Source of the DNA: an uncultured virus (IMG/VR IMGVR_UViG_3300042691_044383)
Taxonomy: Duplodnaviria; Heunggongvirae; Uroviricota; Caudoviricetes
IMG/VR virus record: IMGVR_UViG_3300042691_044383
Location: 1-64,000 of that record
DNA length: 64,000 bases
Direction: 5' to 3' (one strand)
The notes beneath the pieces are model-generated. The model did not search any database, was not told the origin of the DNA, and was given only the letters and a program-made list of their open reading frames with translations. Positions 47,936 to 57,556 of the stretch are shown piece after piece (positions within the stretch are counted from its first letter, which is position 1; every line of letters begins with the position of its first letter). A program made the translations under genes and the position numbers.

Positions 47936-47954
47936 CGTGTAATTCTTTTTCCCG

Positions 47955-48341
47955 TTAGCTAGCCTTCTTGGAATCTTCGATCGCCCACGTTGTAAGCTGA
48001 TCGAAAACCTGCTCAATACAGCTGACCGCGTTAAAAGCGTCATACGAGTCGGTGGGCGAGTCGCCGTGCGACGGGGCACCTGTGATACCCAAAAGGTAAT
48101 TCACGGGGTCTATGCGAAGCCAACCCACGTCTTTCGCCGGCTGTTCGTAGTTTCCGCAGACCTCAACAACGTACTCAAAAAGTTGTTCGCGTTTTTCGTC
48201 GACGTTAGCGTCGTAAAGAAAAGCGGCGCAATCTTCGAAGTCTTCAGCGACAAGCGTCTTAATGATCGCTTTCACGGCGTTTTTTCTTTCGTCCGTCATC
48301 TCGCACATCGGTGCGATTGCGAACATCATGCTCAAACCCAT
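47955..48341 (-). CDS. Hypothetical protein
   Basis: AAGG SD; G..S.GD.PT motif. Confidence 0.6.
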   Translation of the reverse strand: MGLSMMFAIAPMCEMTDERKNAVKAIIKTLVAEDFEDCAAFLYDANVDEKREQLFEYVVEVCGNYEQPAKDVGWLRIDPVNYLLGITGAPSHGDSPTDSYDAFNAVSCIEQVFDQLTTWAIEDSKKAS

Positions 48342-48352
48342 AGTTTTACCTT

Positions 48353-48613
48353 TCAATAATTACAAACAGATGCGGGGTCAGCCGGGAGTCTTCGGACAGA
48401 AAAACCTTGCCGGGCAATCAGCGTGAAAGTGTAAGCTCCGCAGTCGAACTCAAATCCTTTCACTTCTTTAGTACTTCCGCCTTCGAGTGTCACGGTTATT
48501 TGCTTCGGCGTAATCTTCCTCACCCTTATCCACTGGAAAGCAGGGTGTGTAGCGTGTTTATTGTAGACCTCGTCGCCAACACGTATGTCTTTCGCTGCAA
48601 TGTGAAGCAACAT
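48353..48613 (-). CDS. Small beta-barrel-like hypothetical protein
   Basis: AKDIRVGD motif. Confidence 0.55.
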   Translation of the reverse strand: MLLHIAAKDIRVGDEVYNKHATHPAFQWIRVRKITPKQITVTLEGGSTKEVKGFEFDCGAYTFTLIARQGFSVRRLPADPASVCNY

Positions 48614-48627
48614 TTAACTTCTTTCTT

Positions 48628-48861
48628 TTAATCTTCATCCCACCAAAACCGGATACTGCGGGATCGTCGGTCGACTCTTACAAATCGGTGCCGAACGATG
48701 TGCCGCCAAACAGACAGAAGCGACAAGCCTTTGGTGTTCCGAGGGCAGTCCCGATGTCGCCAACGCTCTACCAGCTCACGGTTTGTGTCGGCACTGCTTT
48801 TCTCTCGCTTGTAGCCTAGTCGCTGCAAAATGTTTCGTTTCGTTTCATCAGGTATTCGCAT
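48628..48861 (-). CDS. Small basic hypothetical protein
   Basis: 77-aa ATG ORF. Confidence 0.45.
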   Translation of the reverse strand: MRIPDETKRNILQRLGYKREKSSADTNRELVERWRHRDCPRNTKGLSLLSVWRHIVRHRFVRVDRRSRSIRFWWDED

Positions 48862-48913
48862 GTTTCAACTCGTGTTACTGTTCGAGAAATTAATACGCTA
48901 GACTTTGCGTTTT

Positions 48914-49087
48914 TTAGTAGCGATCCCCTGCTGAAATACTAATCGGAGGCTCTTTCTCTTTTCTCAAAGCATCCTTTTCAAGCCTTCTAAACTTGCGTTT
49001 GGCTTGCTTGGTTTTTGCCTTGACGCTCGGTAAATGCTGAATGCACTTGCTCCAGCGTTCTTTGCACAGTTTGTACGGGCTAGGCAT
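48914..49087 (-). CDS. Small basic hypothetical protein
   Basis: ATG 49087 overlaps upstream stop. Confidence 0.5.
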   Translation of the reverse strand: MPSPYKLCKERWSKCIQHLPSVKAKTKQAKRKFRRLEKDALRKEKEPPISISAGDRY

Positions 49088-49388
49088 TGTTTTTTTCTTT
49101 CTTTCTAATCCGCCAACCCCACGTGCGGACAACGACTATCTCGTAATCCTCGTGAATCGCTGGAAAAGGTATTTCCTTGCCCACATACCATTCCCCGTCT
49201 ATGACGCAACCGCCGTTGTAACGTGTGCGTCCAAATTGCGAGCAAACGGAAGCAGAGGAACCCAAATAACCTGGAAACGGGTATTTAGTCCCGAGACCAT
49301 CGCGGGCGTAGTGTTTAGCCCGTTTTTCGCACTCTGCTTTGCCCCATGTTTCTTGCGGATGAACGTAGTAGTTGTTTTCAGCAGCCAT
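49080..49388 (-). CDS. Hypothetical protein
   Basis: 102 aa in operon. Confidence 0.55.
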   Translation of the reverse strand: MAAENNYYVHPQETWGKAECEKRAKHYARDGLGTKYPFPGYLGSSASVCSQFGRTRYNGGCVIDGEWYVGKEIPFPAIHEDYEIVVVRTWGWRIRKKEKNNA

Positions 49389-49397
49389 TTCGCCACG

Positions 49398-49739
49398 CTA
49401 CTTTCTCGGGCTATCGTACAGGTCGGTTCGGTCCGCGTCGGCAACGTAAAAGTCGGTTTTACCGCCGCCGTAAGCCAACGCAAACCTGAGATTCTTCTTG
49501 GCCTTGTGCTCGCGACAGCAATCACTGCTGCAGTATGCGTTGTTGTGCCGCTTTTCTTTGCCGCAGTTTACGCACGGACGAGCAGGCGTTTCCGGTTCGC
49601 TAGGCGATCCAACGCTGTGCATAAGTCCGCCGCCGTAACCAAGCATCGCCGCGGCAGCCATTGCCGATTGCATTTGAAAATTTCTTGTTAGCGTGGCCTT
49701 ATGATGTGACTGCGCTTCCGTTTCTTTGTTTTCACTCAT
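49398..49739 (-). CDS. Zn-finger protein (CxxC...YCS..C)
   Basis: CVNCG...YCSSDC. Confidence 0.55.
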   Translation of the reverse strand: MSENKETEAQSHHKATLTRNFQMQSAMAAAAMLGYGGGLMHSVGSPSEPETPARPCVNCGKEKRHNNAYCSSDCCREHKAKKNLRFALAYGGGKTDFYVADADRTDLYDSPRK

Positions 49740-50079
49740 CCTTTTCACTTTCTTCTTCGAGGTTCAAGTCGTCGAGACTAAATTTGGGAGTACGACAGAC
49801 GGTGTAGAAATAATCGTTGCCCAGGTTGGCCAGTCTGGCTGCAGCTAAAGCCATAATTACGGCTTTAGCGAACCAAACGACCAACCCGGTGCCTTGACTT
49901 TGCAAGATAAGGACGCACAAAAGTGCGACCCAGGGAGATAAGCAAAAACAACAAACTAGGAGTTCCCCCAGTTTGCCTGTCCAAGTCTCCACGACGGCCC
50001 GCCTTCCGGCGAACAGCAAGGAGTGATGCCATATCTCTATTATTTGCCACGTAGCCAAGGCTGCAACAATCAATTCCAT
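49732..50079 (-). CDS. DUF1360-like membrane protein
   Basis: ELL.C..CLS.W motif between hydrophobic helices. Confidence 0.65.
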   Translation of the reverse strand: MELIVAALATWQIIEIWHHSLLFAGRRAVVETWTGKLGELLVCCFCLSPWVALLCVLILQSQGTGLVVWFAKAVIMALAAARLANLGNDYFYTVCRTPKFSLDDLNLEEESEKDE

Positions 50080-50083
50080 GGGT

Positions 50084-50218
50084 TTACCCGTTTACTATTT
50101 TTAACGAACCGAAAAGCATCAAAAAGGCCATGATGCCTAGACCGATGTCACCCGTAGCACACAGGTAGCAACCGGTGCACAGTAAACCGAGAAACCAAAC
50201 CGCTATCGTTTTATCCAT
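50084..50218 (-). CDS. 44-aa hydrophobic peptide (below ORF-track cutoff)
   Basis: Hand translation MDKTIAVWFLGLLCTGCYLCATGDIGLGIMAFLMLFGSLKIVNG; fills the gap between neighbours. Confidence 0.55.
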   Translation of the reverse strand: MDKTIAVWFLGLLCTGCYLCATGDIGLGIMAFLMLFGSLKIVNG

Positions 50219-50438
50219 TACCATCTTCCTCCGAAGGGATCGGAGGAGACCAACTGTTTAGGCTAACTCGATCAGAGGGGGGCGCCCCTTCGCCTGCTAT
50301 CAATTCCTCCAAGGGTTTACCGCTCGGGACCTCGGTTTGATTGATCAGCAACTGTTTTGGAGCCAATCTAGACGACGGCCAATTTAGCGGTCGCAATTGT
50401 TTTCTCCGGCTGTAGGCGAAAGAACTTCTGGTAGGCAT
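50211..50438 (-). CDS. Small hypothetical protein
   Basis: GGGGAGG SD before ATG. Confidence 0.55.
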   Translation of the reverse strand: MPTRSSFAYSRRKQLRPLNWPSSRLAPKQLLINQTEVPSGKPLEELIAGEGAPPSDRVSLNSWSPPIPSEEDGNG

Positions 50439-50458
50439 GTGGCCTCCCCCGCTGCTAG

Positions 50459-50605
50459 TTACTCTTTGTCCGTCGAACTGAAAACCATATCATTGATTCC
50501 CATCACGACAGCTAATAAGCCGCCGCCAATGAGAATCACCAACTTGGCGGTTAGGGCCGCTACTCCGATTATACTCTTGGCTGTGAGAGACAGTAAGTCA
50601 AACAC
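50459..50605 (-). CDS. 48-aa hydrophobic peptide (below ORF-track cutoff)
   Basis: Hand translation from GTG: MFDLLSLTAKSIIGVAALTAKLVILIGGGLLAVVMGINDMVFSSTDKE. Confidence 0.5.
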   Translation of the reverse strand: MFDLLSLTAKSIIGVAALTAKLVILIGGGLLAVVMGINDMVFSSTDKE

Positions 50606-50624
50606 AGTATCGCTTAACTTCAAG

Positions 50625-52592
50625 ATGACATCCTCCTACGATCAAATCAAAAACGCCAGAAAAACTTCCAGCCAGGTTTTGGCGGAAGAACAGGCACACG
50701 ACCCGTACATAATCAGCGAAAACAGGCTGACCGCTGTCGCCCAGGAAATGGGCTACAAATCGCCAGCGTTAAAAAACCAGCTGGATCGTAGACTTCACTT
50801 GGCAGCTTTTATGCTCAGGTCGTCAGGTTATCCGACGCTTCAGCCGTTGCTGCCGCTGCTGCTTTCCATCCGTGGCAAGCCTTATCATTTACACGATCAC
50901 TTTCCTTTCGCTCCTTTCTTTAGGACTAGAATGGCAAGGACAACGCTGCTGAAGACCGGGCGACAAGTGTCTAAAAGCACGTCGCTGGCAGCACAAGGCG
51001 TCCTCTTCTCAAACTGTATTCCGTATTTTAGCACGCTTTTCCTTACGCCGTTGTTCGAAATGATTCGGCGTTTTTCGCAGAACTACGTCGCCCCTTTCAT
51101 TGAAACCAGCCCCGTCGGCAAGTTGTTCACCGATGAGAAAACGGTGAACAACGTGCTGCAACGATCGTTTAAAAACCGGTCGCAAATGCTTTTCTCTTTC
51201 GCGTACCTCGACGCGGAAAGAACACGTGGTATCTCCGCCGACAAGAATTGTATCGATGAAATCCAGGACATGGATATTTCGTTTTTACCGATCATCCACG
51301 AAACCATTTCGGCTTCGCGTAGCTGGGGTATCAAGCAGTACGCGGGAACTCCAAAGACGCTTGACAACACGATCGAAAGACTTTGGATCGATAGCTCCAT
51401 GGCCGAGTGGATTATAAAGTGTCCGCACGGAGGTTGCGGCCACTGGAACATACCTTCGCTCGAGTATGACTTACTCAAAATGATAGGGCCCGTCCGGGAT
51501 GATATCAGCGAAACGGCTCCGGGAGTCAGCTGTGCTAAGTGCACAAAACCTATAAATCCTAGGCCTGCCTATCAAGGTGGAACGGGTCGATGGTTGCATC
51601 GCTACGGTGACAAACGCTGGAGTTTTGCAGGCTACCACGTGCCGCAGATCATCATGCCTATGCACTACGCGAACCGCGAAAAGTGGCAAACGCTGGTCGA
51701 CAAGCGGGACGGTAAAGGAAACACGCCGATTCACGTTTTTTACAACGAGGTGTGCGGCGAGTCGTGGGACAGTGGCAGTAAACTTGTCACCATCACAGAC
51801 CTCAAGCGTGCCGCCTGCTTACCTTGGAGAAACTCACTTGAAACGGCGAAGACGAACATCGACAGCTACCTGTATCGTTTTGTTTCGGTCGACTGGGGCG
51901 GAGGCGGCGTAAGCAACGGTAAGAGCGACCTTGCTCTGCAGTCTTACACCTCGATAGCCGTGTGCGGACTTTGCCCGGACGGGCGGGTTGACATTATCTA
52001 CGGTTACCGCAGCTTGCATCCGCACGAACACGAGAGGGAGGCTCGCTTGATCCTGAACATCATGTCGGCCTTCCGCTGCTCGCACGTCGTGCACGATTAC
52101 ACTGGGGCAGGTACCGTCCGCGAGACACTGCTTGTCCAAGAAGGGTTACCCCGTGATCGTATTTTGCCCGTGGCATACACTGGCCCGGCTAAGGGTGGTT
52201 TGATCATTTTCAAGCCTGCAACCGGAAAGCATCCGCGTGCGCATTATGCGATGGACCGTAACAGAGCGTTAAACTACTGCTGCCAGTTCGTGAAAAGCGG
52301 GGTGTTGCGGTTCTTTGAATACGATTACCGTGGTTCGGACGACGTCGGATTGCTTCACGACTTTTTGAACCTCATAGAAGACAAAAGCGAGTCGGCTTCC
52401 GGTCGTGACACTTATAAGATTCTGCGAGACCCTGCCGGTCCCGACGATTTCGCGCAAGCCGTCACGATGGGTTCCATGATGCTGTTCCAAATGGCCGGAA
52501 GATTTCCGGACCTTTCTGCCTACAAGGACATAACACTAAGCGAGGACGTGGTAGCTTCGACACAGGGTGTTCGCGACATGGACTGGTACTAG
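50625..52592 (+). CDS. terL: Terminase large subunit (GpA-like with Zn-binding segment)
   Basis: GRQVSKST Walker A, RGISAD..IDE.QD Walker B, GTPKT, CPHGGCGH/CAKC, nuclease VDWG and PDD; start reassigned to ATG 50625. Confidence 0.9.
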   Translation: MTSSYDQIKNARKTSSQVLAEEQAHDPYIISENRLTAVAQEMGYKSPALKNQLDRRLHLAAFMLRSSGYPTLQPLLPLLLSIRGKPYHLHDHFPFAPFFRTRMARTTLLKTGRQVSKSTSLAAQGVLFSNCIPYFSTLFLTPLFEMIRRFSQNYVAPFIETSPVGKLFTDEKTVNNVLQRSFKNRSQMLFSFAYLDAERTRGISADKNCIDEIQDMDISFLPIIHETISASRSWGIKQYAGTPKTLDNTIERLWIDSSMAEWIIKCPHGGCGHWNIPSLEYDLLKMIGPVRDDISETAPGVSCAKCTKPINPRPAYQGGTGRWLHRYGDKRWSFAGYHVPQIIMPMHYANREKWQTLVDKRDGKGNTPIHVFYNEVCGESWDSGSKLVTITDLKRAACLPWRNSLETAKTNIDSYLYRFVSVDWGGGGVSNGKSDLALQSYTSIAVCGLCPDGRVDIIYGYRSLHPHEHEREARLILNIMSAFRCSHVVHDYTGAGTVRETLLVQEGLPRDRILPVAYTGPAKGGLIIFKPATGKHPRAHYAMDRNRALNYCCQFVKSGVLRFFEYDYRGSDDVGLLHDFLNLIEDKSESASGRDTYKILRDPAGPDDFAQAVTMGSMMLFQMAGRFPDLSAYKDITLSEDVVASTQGVRDMDWY

Positions 52593-52630
52593 CGATATCC
52601 TCGCTTGCGGCTTATCGAATTTTCACGCGA

Positions 52631-54865
52631 CTAGGAGTTCACTTTTAGCCTACGATAGGCTCTGTCTAGCATCTCAGCAGGTACAAAGTCAAACAATTCG
52701 CCGAAAAGCTTGCGAGTAAGTTCCAACCACCCTTTGTACAGTCGAACCCCCTTAGGCGGTTCTTGCCGGGTAAAGTGCTTCAAGTAATTCATCGCTATCT
52801 TGTCCGCACTGTGCGACAACAGGCGAGCCTCAAGGTTCTCGTCTTCTGCAGCCACCTCGACAACTTCCGACGCCCCGGGCTTGTCGTTAAAAGCCACAAA
52901 ATAGTTGTCGGCACACTTTTTAACAGCTACGCTCAACTTCTCCACTTTACGCGGCCAATGGTGTTTCCACAGACCCGCGGGCCCTTCTCGCAGGTCAAAG
53001 CGGACGAATAGCTGGTGCAGAAACGAGTCGTATTCCGTTCGCGTAATTGCTACGCCGTGCGGAGTTTTCTTGCCAACGCTGGCCGTTATCTGTGCACAAA
53101 CAGCCATGGCTGTCGCCCAGACTATTTCCATCTCAGGGCCCGACTTCTGCAGTGATTCCTGCACGTCCTCTGTCAGCTTGCAGTAACTCTGTCGCGGACC
53201 GGGTACTGCATCGGAGAAGGTGTAAGGTGCCGTTGTCTTGAAGACGCCCTTAACGACCTTTGTTCCGTACAACTGAAAGCCCTCCGGATCCCACCCGATG
53301 CGTTCCAGTCCTTTCACGATTTGCGGTTCTTCGATGCGGCAAGCCACCGCCAACGGTTCGAAGCTTTCGCAAGCTTTAGTTGTCCATAACGGGGCTTCGT
53401 GCGGTAAAAAAACGGGTATCTCGTTGGAAAGCGCCAGCTCAACAAAATAGCGAAGCGAGCCCTTCCTTTCCTCGACGCGAAAAGGTATTTCACTCCCGTT
53501 TATTCTAAAAACGCCAACGTGTTCTTTTTCGCCGTCAGGTCGCACCACCACGTGACTTACGCGAAGCGTCCCTGGAAACTTGACGACATTCTGCAGGTTG
53601 AACCACTTACCGTCTCGCTCGATGACGACAGTGTGTCCGTGCGTAAACCGGTTACCGGCACCGTGTCGCGTTGGAACATTCACACGACGAGAGAAAGAGG
53701 ATTTGAAGTTTGGATCCAGGTGCGACCGGACTAACTTCGAAACGCTTTCGCCGTAGTTGTCACAGTCGGCCATCAGCTGGGCTTTTTTGTCGTGCGATGC
53801 GGTTTTCAGCCAATCCGACAAGGCTTTTTCATAGGGCTTGGCGTTGCTGGCGATTCGTCGAACTATCTCCGCTGGCGGGTCGTGCCGAAGCCAACTGTTC
53901 CAATTCTCGCGTGACGCTTGCCCGTTCTGCCTCCGAAGCTGTTCCGGTCCCACAAAAGACAATTTGGCGCCGAGCATCATCGCCTGGTGCAGAATTATGG
54001 GAGTAGGGTACTTTTCCCAAAAGATAGGTAACTTACCTTCAGCGATGCACCATTGTGACTTACAAAAAGACCTTGCCGGTTTTGTCCAGCCAAAAAGCGG
54101 TAAAGGCACGTCGCTTGTCGTAAAATTCATGTTTTGCAGCTGCAAATAATTCGTCATCATCGACGTGACGATTACGAAAGGAGCCTGGAAACGGTGCAGA
54201 AGCTGAAGCCCCGAGAAGGCAATGTCGCTGATGCACAGTTTGACGCCCGGTGCGATCTCGCCGTCTTGCGTGGTGAGCGTCACGTAGCCGATGTCTTTCG
54301 GGTTCCTGTAGCAAGGGACGACAAGTATTGCGCGTTTGTGTGTTCTAAATTGCGGCTCGAGGAAAAGTTTCCGGATCTCGCTACCGGTTATCGTTCCGAA
54401 AAGCGAACCGGGACCGGCTAAAAAGCGTTCACGGCTCATGCGATCTGGTCGCAAACCGTAATAATGCAGGAGCTCCATCCCTGGTGCAGTCGGCTTCATC
54501 ATCTCGTTTTGCGCGGTGTGCCAGATGTGGTTAACGCGTTCTTGCCGGTTCTGCACCCGATCAAAATCCACTACAAACTTTTCGGGTACCCGGTACTCAA
54601 GCTTGGTGTACAAATACTTGATCGTCTCAACTTGAGACATTTTAAGCCGAGAAGCCGCAAGACTCAGCACGGTCCCGGCTTTTTTGCAGTCAGAACAGTA
54701 GTGCGATTCTTCCAGATATCTGCTATCTTGGTATATGTTCCAAGCGTTTTCACCGCAATACGGGCACTTTCCCGCAGCCGTGTATATGTCAAAAGGCTCT
54801 AGCCCTATGTAGGGGGCTATCACGGAATACGTTAAACTGGAGTGAATGTCGAGGAGACTAGACAC
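52631..54865 (-). CDS. Large protein with N-terminal primase-type (CHC2-like) Zn finger
   Basis: CPYC...YCSDC..AG.VL.L......S..E.I..L; remainder unrecognised. Confidence 0.55.
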   Translation of the reverse strand: MSSLLDIHSSLTYSVIAPYIGLEPFDIYTAAGKCPYCGENAWNIYQDSRYLEESHYCSDCKKAGTVLSLAASRLKMSQVETIKYLYTKLEYRVPEKFVVDFDRVQNRQERVNHIWHTAQNEMMKPTAPGMELLHYYGLRPDRMSRERFLAGPGSLFGTITGSEIRKLFLEPQFRTHKRAILVVPCYRNPKDIGYVTLTTQDGEIAPGVKLCISDIAFSGLQLLHRFQAPFVIVTSMMTNYLQLQNMNFTTSDVPLPLFGWTKPARSFCKSQWCIAEGKLPIFWEKYPTPIILHQAMMLGAKLSFVGPEQLRRQNGQASRENWNSWLRHDPPAEIVRRIASNAKPYEKALSDWLKTASHDKKAQLMADCDNYGESVSKLVRSHLDPNFKSSFSRRVNVPTRHGAGNRFTHGHTVVIERDGKWFNLQNVVKFPGTLRVSHVVVRPDGEKEHVGVFRINGSEIPFRVEERKGSLRYFVELALSNEIPVFLPHEAPLWTTKACESFEPLAVACRIEEPQIVKGLERIGWDPEGFQLYGTKVVKGVFKTTAPYTFSDAVPGPRQSYCKLTEDVQESLQKSGPEMEIVWATAMAVCAQITASVGKKTPHGVAITRTEYDSFLHQLFVRFDLREGPAGLWKHHWPRKVEKLSVAVKKCADNYFVAFNDKPGASEVVEVAAEDENLEARLLSHSADKIAMNYLKHFTRQEPPKGVRLYKGWLELTRKLFGELFDFVPAEMLDRAYRRLKVNS

Positions 54866-54866
54866 G

Positions 54867-56030
54867 ATGACTTACCCTGTACTTGACCCGACCAACGATA
54901 AAAACAAATCTGGCTTGATCAAGGTCGCAGAGACTTTCGAACTTCCGGACTTCGTCAAGGCAGCAGAAATGGACACGGTGGCGAACACTGCATACATAGC
55001 GAAAACTGCGTATGCGGATTACCCACATAGTTTAAGGTACCCTTGTCATACGGCGGCTGCAACTTGGCTTTCCTCGGCTTATTTTCAGTTTAAGCGTGCT
55101 TCGTTCAGTTCCAAGGAGCAGAAAAGGATCGAAGAAAACCTGAAAAAGGCGGCTGCTTACCACGGAGTTAAAGCCGATTGCGACAAAGTTCTCAGCAAAG
55201 AAGTTGCGTTGCCGTCGCTGGACGACAGCGACTACGCATACGTTTACAAAACAAAGCAGGGGAAGGACTTCATTGTTGAAAGACATTACCCGCTGACCGA
55301 TGCGGACGAGATCAAAGCCGCAGCAGCCTGGCTCGATGAAAATAAGGACAATTTTATTTTTGAAGATCGTTGCATCGTGGCGGGAAAGATTCTGACTAAA
55401 GCTGCGGCTTGCGGAGTCGCTCTTGGGAATGCCATAGCGGACCGACTTGAAAAGCAAGCCGGTTACGGTCTTCCGGATCTGCCGAAAGTGCAGAGCGCCT
55501 TGTACGCACGCGCGATGCTCGCCAAGAACGGAACGCACCGTGACCGCATTGAGAAGTTAGCCGAGGTAATCAACGAGCGGCCCGAGTTGTTTCTCGACCG
55601 AGACACAGCGTTAAAGCTCGCGGCAACTATCGACGAGATGGATTACGCCATCGGGTTAAAAGGAAAGTACACGGAATCAATACCTCGGCCAGAGGATATC
55701 GTTTTCGCGGTTTCATTCTCCAAAGCGGCTGCAGCTTGCGACGAAATGTGCGAACTGCAGACAGGAAACGTTTACGGGAAGGATCAACTTGCAAAACTGG
55801 CAAGGCAAGACCTCGTGGAATTCATGGGCGATGAATTCGCAAAAGAGTCATGTGTCGGCTTGGAAGTTGATCCAGAAAAACTGGCGGCTATCGCTCACAC
55901 GTTACCCAAACCAGACGCAGAACTGCTTGAAAAGCTTTTGAAATCCGCCGGGCAGTTTCCCGCCCGGTCGAAAGTCGCAAGCAGCCCTTTGGCGGATGTG
56001 GATTTAGAGAAAGCAGCCGCCGCTTACTAG
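54867..56030 (+). CDS. Probable virion/head-associated protein with two YP-motif repeats
   Basis: GAGGAG SD before ATG 54867; internal repeat RYPCH..A....AYF / HYPLT...IKAAAAWL; KxA-rich. Function is inference. Confidence 0.55.
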   Translation: MTYPVLDPTNDKNKSGLIKVAETFELPDFVKAAEMDTVANTAYIAKTAYADYPHSLRYPCHTAAATWLSSAYFQFKRASFSSKEQKRIEENLKKAAAYHGVKADCDKVLSKEVALPSLDDSDYAYVYKTKQGKDFIVERHYPLTDADEIKAAAAWLDENKDNFIFEDRCIVAGKILTKAAACGVALGNAIADRLEKQAGYGLPDLPKVQSALYARAMLAKNGTHRDRIEKLAEVINERPELFLDRDTALKLAATIDEMDYAIGLKGKYTESIPRPEDIVFAVSFSKAAAACDEMCELQTGNVYGKDQLAKLARQDLVEFMGDEFAKESCVGLEVDPEKLAAIAHTLPKPDAELLEKLLKSAGQFPARSKVASSPLADVDLEKAAAAY

Positions 56031-56554
56031 CGTCGAATGAGCGACTTGGGTCGAGCACGGACACCTGCGGGCTTGAAGCCGTGCTCGATCGCTACCGCCC
56101 GTAGAAGTTTACGGTCTTCGCAGTTGCTACCCGTGTCGCCGAATTTTCGGCAATCTTCGCACTGTCCGCAACGATGACTCGAGAGGGCTACTTTCAAATC
56201 GTCGGAGTTGCGGATGCCCCAGAGTAGTCGAATAGCGTAGGGTATTTGCGAATCTTGCGGCTCGGCCTCGTTTAAAGGCGTACGACGAGGTAGGTCAACA
56301 AGTTCTGCCATGTACTTCCAGCGTGCGAGCTCAGCCTCGGCCATTGTGCCGAGTCTACCGTTCTCGTCGTAGTACTTTGCGCGAACCTCTTCCGCCCACC
56401 AGTGGTTAGCCTGGCCGTAAACGGCAATCAGCTTACCGTCCAGCGAATAGACGCGGACGCCTGGATTTCGCGGACTTTGGTTTTCCGTATTTCCGACGGC
56501 TTTTCGGCTTGGGCGATTTGCGCGATAGTTGTTTGTCAGATATGCAGTTTTCAT
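56027..56554 (-). CDS. Hypothetical protein with Cys cluster
   Basis: H.CGQCEDC...C; stop overlaps the convergent gene's stop. Confidence 0.55.
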   Translation of the reverse strand: MKTAYLTNNYRANRPSRKAVGNTENQSPRNPGVRVYSLDGKLIAVYGQANHWWAEEVRAKYYDENGRLGTMAEAELARWKYMAELVDLPRRTPLNEAEPQDSQIPYAIRLLWGIRNSDDLKVALSSHRCGQCEDCRKFGDTGSNCEDRKLLRAVAIEHGFKPAGVRARPKSLIRR

Positions 56555-57335
56555 TCTCAGTTTCTTCCTGTTTAAATTTCTGTTTATATTTGCGGTCGCT
56601 TGAAAAGACGGAATCGGTTAAACCGCTTGAACCGATATCCGAGTTACTTTTGACAACTTTTGCGTTTATCCGGTGTAACAAGACCGGAGTGTAACACAAC
56701 TTACAAGCACTACATGTTGTCGACGTAGCACCGTTTTCCACGGGGCAGACTATCTTACCCTTAACCCGTTTGACGATACTCTTTCGCGAATTTCGGAAAA
56801 AGAGATCGACATCGTAGTTCGGTATGTCTTCGTCGTTGCCCTGCAGGTAGCATCGCATAACATGCGAAGTCAATGGCGGTTCTCCGGTGTTCTTGTCGCA
56901 AGAGTACCACAGGCGTACGTTTGGTAACGCAGCCAAAGTGGTGAACGCTTGCAACATCGGCTCGTTTAAACTGCCGTCCCGGTTTCGCCAGCTGCGAGTG
57001 TAGGCGTAAAATGTAACGTCAGGCCTACGCTGCGCAATTTCCGTCCACTTTCCAACATACTCCGGACTATAGAAATCTCCGGAGGCGTGTATGCGGGCGA
57101 TCCGAATTTTGAAGAGAAACAAACAACCTAGTATGAAACCGACAAAAAAGTCGGTTAGCGACAGCTCATAATTTTTGTAGAGGCTGTCTTGAACCGTTTT
57201 GTACCTGTAGTGGCTTCGCATAGCGTAGCAAACTTCCAGGCAGGCGGACGTAGCACCAATACAGATAGCCGCCAGGCCGGCGATTAAGCTCCATTGCCAA
57301 ATCAATTTACCAAGTTTCGTGTTTCCCTGTTTCAC
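56433..57335 (-). CDS. Phage gp88-like protein (Cys-rich, radical-SAM-related fold suspected)
   Basis: GNTKLG..WSL.AG..C.GAT..C..CYA, RIHASGDFYS, FYAYTRSW, terminal CP...C..C..C. Confidence 0.8.
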   Translation of the reverse strand: MKQGNTKLGKLIWQWSLIAGLAAICIGATSACLEVCYAMRSHYRYKTVQDSLYKNYELSLTDFFVGFILGCLFLFKIRIARIHASGDFYSPEYVGKWTEIAQRRPDVTFYAYTRSWRNRDGSLNEPMLQAFTTLAALPNVRLWYSCDKNTGEPPLTSHVMRCYLQGNDEDIPNYDVDLFFRNSRKSIVKRVKGKIVCPVENGATSTTCSACKLCYTPVLLHRINAKVVKSNSDIGSSGLTDSVFSSDRKYKQKFKQEETENENCISDKQLSRKSPKPKSRRKYGKPKSAKSRRPRLFAGR

Positions 57336-57556
57336 TCGTCATCTTCCTCGTCTTCCAAAAGGTCGTTCTTTTCAGCCAGCCAACCTGGAATGACGAAGTA
57401 ACCCTCGTCCCCTTCCGCCAGACAGTCCGTGTCTTTCAACTGACTCGACGGTATCCAGATCTCTTTGACCTTTGGCGACGTCAAGGCCACAAGTATGGCT
57501 TTGTGCGTCATTCGCTTTACCGTGCCTTCCAGTCGCACAGGTTCTTTACCTTGCAT
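57332..57556 (-). CDS. Small beta-rich phage protein
   Basis: T.KAILV...WIP.SQ...IP.WLA pattern. Confidence 0.7.
   Translation of the reverse strand: MQGKEPVRLEGTVKRMTHKAILVALTSPKVKEIWIPSSQLKDTDCLAEGDEGYFVIPGWLAEKNDLLEDEEDDE

Noticed and set aside
50397..50624. N-terminal extension of terminase in the ORF track
   Set aside because: Overlaps plausible minus-strand genes; ATG 50625 fits better
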